Source: an uncultured Gammaproteobacteria bacterium (GTDB lineage Bacteria; Patescibacteriota; Microgenomatia; Daviesbacterales; UBA10151). From it: a DNA stretch of 52,738 nt. Numbering within the stretch: the first letter of the stretch is position 1; every line of letters begins with the position of its first letter. A program made the translations under genes and the position numbers. Location: positions 41,387 through 94,124 of the forward strand of contig CAZYPW010000005.1 in the NCBI GenBank assembly GCA_964649615.1, given 5' to 3'. The notes below the pieces were generated by a model, which did not search any database, was not told where the DNA came from, and was given only the letters and a program-made list of their open reading frames with translations. This document shows positions 36,821 to 44,846 of the stretch, one piece after another.

Positions 36821-37693
36821 TTAATATTGGTTGATATTAGGTACCCAAATCCAGTGGCCATCTGACTGGGGTCCTCCTATGGCACTATTATCTTTAAGGG
36901 AGGCAGAAGAACTAGCTTCAGGAGTTGATTGCCATACCCCAGAGTCCCCAGTTTTAGAAAAGTTTCTTAATAAAATAGTATAGTCAATAATATTTACCAC
37001 TCCATCTAAGTTAAAATCTGCACTTTTATTATAGTTAGAAGATGAACTACTGCTTCCTAAGGCACTCTTGATGATAGATAAGTCTGTAGAATTGATAGTA
37101 TTGTCTTCATTTAAATCACCTGTTAAAAGAGTCACAAACTCATCTGAGTTTAATTTAGTGACATTAGGGGACATGGTAAAAGAGACCCCTTTAGCAAGTT
37201 GGGTTTGGCCTTTAAGCAAAGCTGAATAAGTGCTGCCAGGGGTAAGTCCTGCTAAAGATAAACCTGCATATTCTCCTGAGGTAGTTAAATCTATGCTAAA
37301 GGAGAGTAAGTATTTAGGAGCATTGGAGATAATTCCTTCCACAATTCCCACAAACATTTTAGTAGATTGGTCAGACTCCGGTCTGCCCTCAAGCTTGGTT
37401 TTTAAAGATAAAGTTGGGCCAAAGGAGGTGGCAATAGTGGTAGAGGCAATATCAGGAGTAGGGGAAGGTGAGGGCAGATCTGTAACTGTTTTAGTTTCTG
37501 TTAAATCAAGCAACTCTTTTTTAGCGCTGCCTATGGGCTTGGGGGTTCCCTGGGGAAGAGTTTCTTGTTTTACCTCATCTGCCTGGGATTTAAACTTTTG
37601 GGCTTGAGAAGCCAAATAAGCTCCCAGAGGAATAGATAGTATCAAAAAGATATACAAGCCAAGCAGCAGCCTTTCTTTAAAAGTGGTAAACAT
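36821..37693 (-). CDS. Membrane-anchored protein with dockerin-like domain
   Basis: GDLNEDNTINSTD, ADFNLDGVVNIIDY. Confidence 0.8.
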   Translation of the reverse strand: MFTTFKERLLLGLYIFLILSIPLGAYLASQAQKFKSQADEVKQETLPQGTPKPIGSAKKELLDLTETKTVTDLPSPSPTPDIASTTIATSFGPTLSLKTKLEGRPESDQSTKMFVGIVEGIISNAPKYLLSFSIDLTTSGEYAGLSLAGLTPGSTYSALLKGQTQLAKGVSFTMSPNVTKLNSDEFVTLLTGDLNEDNTINSTDLSIIKSALGSSSSSSNYNKSADFNLDGVVNIIDYTILLRNFSKTGDSGVWQSTPEASSSASLKDNSAIGGPQSDGHWIWVPNINQY

Positions 37694-37724
37694 CTAATAA
37701 TAGTGTATATTTAAATGTATAAGG

Positions 37725-38717
37725 TTGGCAACTATGTTAAAGATTCTATTTAATACTGTTTTGGGAGTGGCGCTCATTTTTATCTGGTCACGTTTTGTTA
37801 ATATTAATGAGATTTTCCAGGCTATCTCTAAAATCTCCCCGCTTAATTTAACTCCAGTTTTTTTATGCATGTTTTTATCTCCTTTTTTTAGGGCAGTTAG
37901 ATTACAAATTTTTCTTTCTGAAATTAAAAAGATCAAACTATTAGACCTAATTTTTTTAAATGGGGCAGCCCAAATGTTAAACTTTTTTATCCCCATCAGG
38001 GCAGGAGAACTTGCTAAGGGAGTTTATTTAAACAATAAATATAATTTGCCTTTAGCCAAATCAATTGTTTGGGTCTTTATGGACAGGTTTGTGGACTTTT
38101 TGTTTGTTTTACTCTTTGCTTCTTTACTAGTGGCAGTAGTTCCTACTAAATTACCCGCTGGATTTGCCCAAACCTCTTTGATAATTTTTGTAATGGTTGC
38201 AGTTGCTACTTACCTGGTAATCTTCCAGATAAATTTTAGCAAGAAATTAGTCCAATTTTTGCAGTCTTTATTAATAGTTAAGACTATTAAGATATATTTT
38301 GTTAGATTTAGTAACTTCATTTTAGATTCTTTTACTATTTTAAAAAGGCATCCTAAAGATTTAAGCTTAATGTTTTTAATTACTCTGTTAGCTTATGGGG
38401 CTGACGCAGGAGTATGGTATTTTACCTTTTTAGCTCTTAAGTTCCCTCAAGAATATGTTAAAATGTATCTAGGACAACTGCTCTCTGCCCTAACTTATTT
38501 AGTGCCTGCAGCACCTGGTTATGTTGGTTCTACTGAAGCCTCAGGGCTGCTTATTTTATCTGGGATTTTTGGCATAGAAAATAATGTAGCTTCATCCATG
38601 ATAGTTTTGTTCCATATAGTTACAGCTTTAGGAATTTTAGTATTTGGCTTAATCTCAGCCTTTTTCTTAAAATTGGATTTAGGGTTAATTTTTAAAAAAG
38701 CTTTAAAAAGAAATTAA
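37725..38717 (+). CDS. Lysylphosphatidylglycerol synthase TM / flippase-like protein
   Basis: NFFIPIRAGELAK, ERxxD-like MDRFVD, VPAAPGYVGSTE. Confidence 0.8.
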   Translation: MATMLKILFNTVLGVALIFIWSRFVNINEIFQAISKISPLNLTPVFLCMFLSPFFRAVRLQIFLSEIKKIKLLDLIFLNGAAQMLNFFIPIRAGELAKGVYLNNKYNLPLAKSIVWVFMDRFVDFLFVLLFASLLVAVVPTKLPAGFAQTSLIIFVMVAVATYLVIFQINFSKKLVQFLQSLLIVKTIKIYFVRFSNFILDSFTILKRHPKDLSLMFLITLLAYGADAGVWYFTFLALKFPQEYVKMYLGQLLSALTYLVPAAPGYVGSTEASGLLILSGIFGIENNVASSMIVLFHIVTALGILVFGLISAFFLKLDLGLIFKKALKRN

Positions 38718-38741
38718 ATAATAGTACACTAGTAAAAACAC

Positions 38742-38789
38742 TTCATTGACAATGAAAACAATTAATGATATTCTTTCATTATAAATGAA
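38742..38789 (+). promoter_or_regulatory. Promoter with two TTCATT-N3-AATGAA palindromes
   Basis: TTGACA 38746, 17 bp, TATTCT 38769; palindromes at 38742-38756 and 38775-38789. Confidence 0.65.
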
Positions 38790-40056
38790 ATCTTTTGATA
38801 CTATACGCACATTACTTATAGAGCAGCGGAAAGAACTCTTAAATAAGAGTCTAGGAATAGAAAGAAGCAAGCTTACTGAAATTACTCCCTACAAAGATAC
38901 GCCATTTCCTGTGGTTATTTCAGGGCTTCGTAGAGCAGGGAAGTCTACACTTTTAGCACAATTAGCCCACAGATTCTATCCGGATCGTGACTTCTTCTAT
39001 ATTAATTTTGAAGATGAAAGGTTTTTGACTTTTACTGTTTCTGATTTTACAAGATTGCATGAGCTGTTGATAGAACTTTTTGGCAATAGAAAAGTCTTTC
39101 TGCTTGATGAGATTCAAAATATCGAAGGATGGGAAAGGTTTGTTAGCAGGATGATAAATAGCGGCTATAAATTCTACATAACAGGTTCAAACGCATCACT
39201 TTTAAGTAAGGAGTTAGGAACAAAATTGACTGGCAGGTATGTTCCTGTTGAGCTTTTCCCATTCTCTTTTGAAGAGTACTTGCATTTTAAAAAAATAACA
39301 TTGCCGGATATAGCCCGTCTTACTACTGTTGAGAGAGGGGAGTTAAAAAATGCTTTTTGGGAATATCTGAAAAAAGGCGGGATACCACAGGCTTTGCAAT
39401 ATCCAGAGCTGCCAATCCATAAAACAATCTATGATGATATTCTAAATCGTGATATTGGGGCAAGATATAAACTTACTGATACCAAACCACTGCGGGAGCT
39501 GACATTCTACCTTTTCAGTAATATTTCTGCTCTAGTTTCCTACAATAAAATGAAGGAATTACTGCAGTTGGGGAGTGTAAATACTGTCTCAAGTTACATA
39601 GGCTATTTAGAAACAAGTTGGCTGCTTTTTGCCATGAACCGCTACGCCTTCTCAGTAAAAAAGCAGCAGATAGCGAATAAAAAAATCTATTGCATAGATA
39701 CGGGGCTTGTAAAGTCTGTTGCTTTCTCGTTCTCTGAAGATAAGGGCAAGTTTTTAGAAAATACTGTCTTTTTAAAGCTGCGTAGGCTATACGAGGAAGA
39801 TCTTTACTATTACAAGACTAAAAGAGATAGGGAAGTAGATTTTTATCTTCCGAAACAAAAAACTTTTATTCAGGTGTCGCAAATTATAATTGATCCAGCC
39901 ACCCGGGAAAGGGAAGTACAGGCATTAGTGGAGGCGATGGAAGAGGTGAAAGGAAGTAGCGGATTTATTATTACTGAAGATGAAAAAGAGACTATTTCTG
40001 TAAAAGGGACAACGATTTTTGTTGTGCCAATTTATGAGTGGTTATGCCAATCCTGA
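38785..40056 (+). CDS. AAA_14 + DUF4143 ATP-binding protein
   Basis: GLRRAGKST, LLDEIQ, ITGS, KKIYCIDTG, EVDF. Confidence 0.9.
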   Translation: MKSFDTIRTLLIEQRKELLNKSLGIERSKLTEITPYKDTPFPVVISGLRRAGKSTLLAQLAHRFYPDRDFFYINFEDERFLTFTVSDFTRLHELLIELFGNRKVFLLDEIQNIEGWERFVSRMINSGYKFYITGSNASLLSKELGTKLTGRYVPVELFPFSFEEYLHFKKITLPDIARLTTVERGELKNAFWEYLKKGGIPQALQYPELPIHKTIYDDILNRDIGARYKLTDTKPLRELTFYLFSNISALVSYNKMKELLQLGSVNTVSSYIGYLETSWLLFAMNRYAFSVKKQQIANKKIYCIDTGLVKSVAFSFSEDKGKFLENTVFLKLRRLYEEDLYYYKTKRDREVDFYLPKQKTFIQVSQIIIDPATREREVQALVEAMEEVKGSSGFIITEDEKETISVKGTTIFVVPIYEWLCQS

Positions 40057-40161
40057 GTGTAAGATTTCAACATTTATTATTAATTTCGAAGAAATCTTAC
40101 ACCCTGTCTAAGATTAAGGAAGAAAGGTCTGATTGATTTTTAGAAAAGCTTTAAATAAGAG

Positions 40162-41220
40162 TTAAGTTGTGTTTCTGTAGGGGTATAGTGAGTTAAGGCC
40201 TTCTTCGTAACCATGATAATAAAAGTAAGCGGCCAGTGTTCTTATACCGGTTGTGCCATGTAAATCTGTTTTGTTTATCAGAGCCATAATTTCTTTTGGA
40301 TCATCAAGTGATACAGCTCTTATGTATGAAGGATCAAATTCAGCTCTGTCTGCTCCTAGCGATCCTGCATTGATTTCCCCGGATGATTCAGTAACCCTTG
40401 CTGTCATAATAAATCCTAGAGCACTAACATCAGGCTCTAAAATCATAGCAGCAATCCGGGAATGTTCAGGCATTAAAGTTAGTTTTAATTCTTCTCCGCC
40501 TACTTTATTGACAGATCTTCTAAGAGTATCAAAAGGAGACTTGTCTCTTACTCCATGTATTTGTTCTTCAATGGTTGTAGCATATCCATTTGGATAATAA
40601 TCAGCATCAGGTGGTTTTTGAGTAACAATCAGTTTGTTATCAGAGGTGGTGATTGCAACATGAATTACCATATTGTTGGGATATAAATCGAATACATATC
40701 CTTCAGCAGATCTTCTTGGCAGTATTGTATCTCTGTATGCTTCCGCATTTGGAAATTCTCTTCCATCAAACGGTAAACCTAAAGGGAGTCTACCTTCCCT
40801 AAGACCCATACCTAAAATCCTCATTCTGTGCCAATCATACGCTGATGCTTCTAAAATAAGATTTGTATCTGTTAAAACTCTACTATGACCGTATAAATGA
40901 AGCTTAGAACCATTAAAATCTGCTTTTCCTGCTGCACTATTTGTATATTCTTGGTATAGATCCCATAACTGCGATCCTTCAGGAGGCATAACAGGACCAG
41001 TTTTTGTCATAACTACCTGGTCTTCTGTATACCTGTCTCTTGTATCCTTAGTCCAGGTTTCAAAAGAAGCATTTAAAACTAAAGCATTATCTCTTATATA
41101 AGCTATTCCAAAAGTATCAATTATTCTTGGTAAGTTTCTTTCATACCAGTTTTGAGCAATTCCTGGAGTGGGTTTATTAAATAACCAATTAGCAGGATCT
41201 CGTGATTCAACTGTTGTCAT
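40162..41220 (-). CDS. Hypothetical protein with degenerate NUDIX-like C-terminus
   Basis: IHVAITTSDNKLIVTQK...YYPNGY...EEQI...TLRR...EEL. Confidence 0.6.
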   Translation of the reverse strand: MTTVESRDPANWLFNKPTPGIAQNWYERNLPRIIDTFGIAYIRDNALVLNASFETWTKDTRDRYTEDQVVMTKTGPVMPPEGSQLWDLYQEYTNSAAGKADFNGSKLHLYGHSRVLTDTNLILEASAYDWHRMRILGMGLREGRLPLGLPFDGREFPNAEAYRDTILPRRSAEGYVFDLYPNNMVIHVAITTSDNKLIVTQKPPDADYYPNGYATTIEEQIHGVRDKSPFDTLRRSVNKVGGEELKLTLMPEHSRIAAMILEPDVSALGFIMTARVTESSGEINAGSLGADRAEFDPSYIRAVSLDDPKEIMALINKTDLHGTTGIRTLAAYFYYHGYEEGLNSLYPYRNTT

Positions 41221-41237
41221 AAGTGGGTATTATACTA

Positions 41238-42137
41238 TTAAATTGAAGCTAAGTCAACTTTAATAGATGGACCCATGGTGGGAGAAAGGCTGACTTTTTT
41301 AATTCTGGTTTTGCCTAAAGTTTGAAGGAGGGTTTTAATGTTGGCAGATAATTCCTCTGTAGTTTGGTCAAGTTTTCCTAAGGCTAAGTGGATTACAGGA
41401 GCCTTGGATTCTGTTTTATACTCTGTTTTTCCAGCCTGGAAACCTTCCACTGTTTTTTTGAGATCATCTGTAATGGTGCCATTTTTAGGATTGGGCATTA
41501 AGCCTCTGGGGCCTAAAATTCTGGCTACCTTGGCCAGTTTAGGCATCCAGGATGGGGTAGCCACTACTAAATCAAAATTAACTTTACCTGTGTTGATTTG
41601 CTCAATAACCTCATCGCTACCAACAATATCTGCGCCGCACTTGTCAGCGTCTTTGCCAAAAGCAAGAATTGTTAATTTTTTACCAGAAGCATAGGGCAGT
41701 GAGACTAACCCACGAATACCCTGTGCATTGGTATTTATATGGGCCTCTATGGTGGCATTAAATTTAGCATAGGACAATTTTTTAACCATGTCAACTGCTT
41801 CAGCTAGGGGGTAAGTTTTAGTTCTATCTAAATCCGCTACAACTTCCTGGTATTTTTTAGATCTAGGCTTGGCTTTTCCTGGTTTAATAGATTTTTTCTG
41901 GGTCGCTCGCTCATCTGGTCGCGAAGCATCGCTTGTCTCTCCAGTGGACTCGCTAGAGGTTTGTTTCGCGCCCTGTTCTATGCTCGGTTCATTAACTTCA
42001 GATGTACGCTCAACTGCACTATTTGCTTCGATCGACTCAGGCTTCGCTGCCTCCCCCCTCGCACCAGCTTTTTTAGAAGAAGATTTTTTTTCTTCTACAA
42101 CAGAATCGTCCATGATTTTAGTCTTAGTTTTACCCAT
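41238..42137 (-). CDS. rplA: 50S ribosomal protein L1 with long N-terminal extension
   Basis: ILGPRGLMPNPKNGT, PTMGPSIK; ATG 42137. Confidence 0.95.
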   Translation of the reverse strand: MGKTKTKIMDDSVVEEKKSSSKKAGARGEAAKPESIEANSAVERTSEVNEPSIEQGAKQTSSESTGETSDASRPDERATQKKSIKPGKAKPRSKKYQEVVADLDRTKTYPLAEAVDMVKKLSYAKFNATIEAHINTNAQGIRGLVSLPYASGKKLTILAFGKDADKCGADIVGSDEVIEQINTGKVNFDLVVATPSWMPKLAKVARILGPRGLMPNPKNGTITDDLKKTVEGFQAGKTEYKTESKAPVIHLALGKLDQTTEELSANIKTLLQTLGKTRIKKVSLSPTMGPSIKVDLASI

Positions 42138-42205
42138 GGAAAGTATTTTAACAGTAAAGTCTGAACTTGACAAGTAAAAGTATATAGTAGTAAAATATTA
42201 CTAGT

Positions 42206-42508
42206 ATGAATATTGGAAATATTGTCGAGCCAAATAGCAAAGGGCAGGTTGTAATTCCTAAAAAGGTGAGGGATGAGTTGGGCATTTCTGCCAACACAAC
42301 CTTAAATGTGATAGTGAGCGGTGGTGGAATTCATCTTTACCCAGTAAGTGAAGTAGTTACAGAAGAGGAGAAGGATAACAAGCATGATCTTCTTCTGGAA
42401 ATTTTAGAAAGCACCAGGGGGTCATGGGCAGGGGATGATTGGCCCAGAACAGAGAGAAGAAGAAGGAACATAGAACTAAGGGCATCCAGAGAAAGAAAGA
42501 AGTGGTAG
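42206..42508 (+). CDS. vapB: AbrB/MazE-fold antitoxin
   Basis: NSKGQVVIPKKVRDELGI; overlaps the PIN gene. Confidence 0.85.
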   Translation: MNIGNIVEPNSKGQVVIPKKVRDELGISANTTLNVIVSGGGIHLYPVSEVVTEEEKDNKHDLLLEILESTRGSWAGDDWPRTERRRRNIELRASRERKKW

Positions 42509-42885
42509 TCTTAGATACAAATATTATTATTGACCACTTGCGTCAAGAAGATAAACTAACTTACCTGGTGAATTTTAGGCAAAAGTTCTCCAATGAAAAA
42601 TTAGCTATTTCTGTTATCTCTATTCAAGAACTTTATGAAGGACAAAGCAGTAAAGATAAAGAACGCCATAGAAAACTCATTAAAACTATTTCCTCACTGC
42701 GGATATTACCTTATACTTATGAGGTAGCTAAGTTTGCAGGTGAAATCGCAAGAGATACTGGAGCCCAAATCAGTTTGGCAGATGCAGCCATTGCTGCTAC
42801 AGCTATCATCAATGAAGCTCAGCTTCTGACTTTGAATATAAAAGACTTTGAAAAAATTAAGGGTTTAAAATTTGCCTCAGTTTAA
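42502..42885 (+). CDS. vapC: PIN-domain VapC toxin
   Basis: VVLDTNIIID, ELYEG, DAAIAATA, LLTLNIKDF; GTG 42502. Confidence 0.9.
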   Translation: MVVLDTNIIIDHLRQEDKLTYLVNFRQKFSNEKLAISVISIQELYEGQSSKDKERHRKLIKTISSLRILPYTYEVAKFAGEIARDTGAQISLADAAIAATAIINEAQLLTLNIKDFEKIKGLKFASV

Positions 42886-42930
42886 AATTTCCCTAGGTGC
42901 CTGCCTAATCCACCCCCCAGGTGTATTATA

Positions 42931-43353
42931 TTAGGAAATCTTAACTCCCATTGATTTAGCTGTGCCTTCTACAATTTTCATAGCAGCTTCAAGGGAGTTA
43001 GCATTTAAATCTGGCATTTTAGCTTCAGCAATAGATTTAACCTGGTCTTTTGATAATGTTCCCACTGGTTCTTTTAAAGCTGTGCCAGAACCTTTTTCCA
43101 GCTTTAGAGCTTTTTTAATCATTTCAGCTACAGGTGGCTCTTTGGTAATAAAAGAAAAAGTCCTATCCTCATAAACTGTAATCACCACAGGCAATAAATT
43201 GCCTTGTTTTTCTTTGGTTTTCTCATTAAAAGCCTTCACAAACTCCATGATAGGGAGTCCATGAGGACCCAAAGCTGTACCCACCGGGGGAGCAGCAGTT
43301 GCTACTCCTGCTGGGATGGTTAGTTTAATGTATGTTTTAATCTTTTTTGCCAT
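42931..43353 (-). CDS. rplK: 50S ribosomal protein L11
   Basis: [26 protein letters not shown]. Confidence 0.97.
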   Translation of the reverse strand: MAKKIKTYIKLTIPAGVATAAPPVGTALGPHGLPIMEFVKAFNEKTKEKQGNLLPVVITVYEDRTFSFITKEPPVAEMIKKALKLEKGSGTALKEPVGTLSKDQVKSIAEAKMPDLNANSLEAAMKIVEGTAKSMGVKIS

Positions 43354-43362
43354 AATATAAAT

Positions 43363-43465
43363 AATCTCAAATCTGAGATCTTAAATCGCAAATCTACATC
43401 TTAAATCTCAAAACTTTTAAGATTTGAGTTGTAGTTTTGACATTTGACATTTGAGTTTTGAGATT
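43363..43465. repeat. Empty copy of the four-helix-bundle-flanking palindrome
   Basis: 43363-43416 matches 4955-5008 at 51/54; the remainder resembles 5321-5369. Confidence 0.9.
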
Positions 43466-43468
43466 CCT

Positions 43469-44167
43469 TCATATCTTCTGCACTTGCAGAAAATCTAGTT
43501 CCACTGGTGTTTCCCTTCCAAAGATAGATACCAAAACCTTAACTTTGCCTTTTTCCGCGTCTACATTATCAACTTTGCCAATAAATTCTGCAAAAGGCCC
43601 ATCAACAATTTTAACAGTATCTGAAACTGTGAAGACTTGTTTGTAAGTGGGAGCTTCTTCTTTGGTAAATCTGACAATAGTTTGTACTTCTGCTTCAGAA
43701 ATAGGGGTAGGTTTATTGCCAATTCCCACAAAGCTAGTTACTCCCTGGGTAGTTCTAACAGCTAGCCAGGAAGCATCATCCAAGACCATTTTGACTAAAA
43801 TATAGCCTGGGAAGATTTTTTCTTTAATATTTAATTTTTTGCCGCCTTTGATCTCAATTTTATCCTGGGTAGGGACTAAGACATCCAAAATCTTCTCTTC
43901 CAAATGTTCAGATTCAATCCTTTGTTTTAAAGCTGTAGCTACTCTATTTTCATGGCCTGAGTAAGTATGGACTACATACCATCTAGCATTAGGGTTGTCA
44001 TTTTTGACGGTAGAAGATGGAGGATTGATAATAGAATCTTGAAGATCGATGGTAGAGGATGGATTTTCTTGGTCTATCTCTCTATTTTCCATCTTCAAAG
44101 TACTATCTTCCATCTTTCCACCATCTATTTCTATCTGTTCTTCTGTTTTTACTTTATTATCTTCCAT
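43469..44167 (-). CDS. nusG: NusG with repeat-derived N-terminal extension
   Basis: WYVVHTYSGHE, FPGYILV, KOW VKIVDGPF, FGRETPVEL. Confidence 0.96.
   Translation of the reverse strand: MEDNKVKTEEQIEIDGGKMEDSTLKMENREIDQENPSSTIDLQDSIINPPSSTVKNDNPNARWYVVHTYSGHENRVATALKQRIESEHLEEKILDVLVPTQDKIEIKGGKKLNIKEKIFPGYILVKMVLDDASWLAVRTTQGVTSFVGIGNKPTPISEAEVQTIVRFTKEEAPTYKQVFTVSDTVKIVDGPFAEFIGKVDNVDAEKGKVKVLVSIFGRETPVELDFLQVQKI
44006..44135. repeat. In-frame heptamer palindrome in the nusG N-terminus
   Basis: Shares an exact 23-mer (44091-44113) with 21680-21702. Confidence 0.85.
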
Positions 44168-44351
44168 AGTTTGTTACCAGAAAACTAGAAATGGAAGTTA
44201 GGATATAATCCAAACCTCCAAGTAATATCCCTACCACCACTGCTACTATCACCACCAAAACTGTATATCTTAAGGTCTGCTCCCTGGTTGGCCAGACCAC
44301 CTTATTTAACTCCTCCTGCACTTCTTTTAAAAATTCAATTATATTAGGCAT
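44157..44351 (-). CDS. secE: Preprotein translocase SecE
   Basis: FLKEVQEELNKVVWPT plus TM. Confidence 0.95.
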   Translation of the reverse strand: MPNIIEFLKEVQEELNKVVWPTREQTLRYTVLVVIVAVVVGILLGGLDYILTSISSFLVTNYGR

Positions 44352-44453
44352 GAAAAGAGGGTCCTAATATGGACCCACTTTGTCAAGTATAACAGACAAG
44401 AATACTAAATATCAAGAGTAAATATCCTTGCCTAGTAGTGTATAATTTGGCCA

Positions 44454-44846
44454 ATGCAAAAACACTTGGCAATTTTTAAAGGGGAGGGAGCAGAAGATAT
44501 TCTGTCTGGAAAAAAAACTATAGAGAGTAGATTTTCTAAGGCTAAAATAGCTCCATATGGTAAGATTTCTGCAGGGGATTTAGTCTATATAAAACCTTCT
44601 GGGGGAGATATAATTGGCCAGTTTAGAGTAAAAAAAGTGATCTTTTTTGATGGACTAGAAGTAGAGGATATAAAAGAAATACAGTTGAACTATGCTAGAT
44701 TTATAGTTGCAGGTAAAGAATATTGGAAGGGGAAAGAAGCTGCCAAATATGGGACTCTAATTTTTATAGGAGAATCAGCTCAATTTCTAACTTCACCCAT
44801 TAAAATCCCCAAAAAAGACTTAAGAGGCTGGGTAGTGCTAAACTAG
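44454..44846 (+). CDS. ASCH-domain protein
   Basis: ILSGKKTIESR, GDLVYIK. Confidence 0.8.
   Translation: MQKHLAIFKGEGAEDILSGKKTIESRFSKAKIAPYGKISAGDLVYIKPSGGDIIGQFRVKKVIFFDGLEVEDIKEIQLNYARFIVAGKEYWKGKEAAKYGTLIFIGESAQFLTSPIKIPKKDLRGWVVLN

Noticed and set aside
9231-42439. Longer ORF-track starts for leuS (9231), sortase (20883), PEGA gene (21629), mreB (22947), rplA (42173) and vapC (42439)
   Set aside because: The extensions run through repeats, tRNA-like sequence or the neighbouring gene; downstream ATG/GTG fits the family N-termini.
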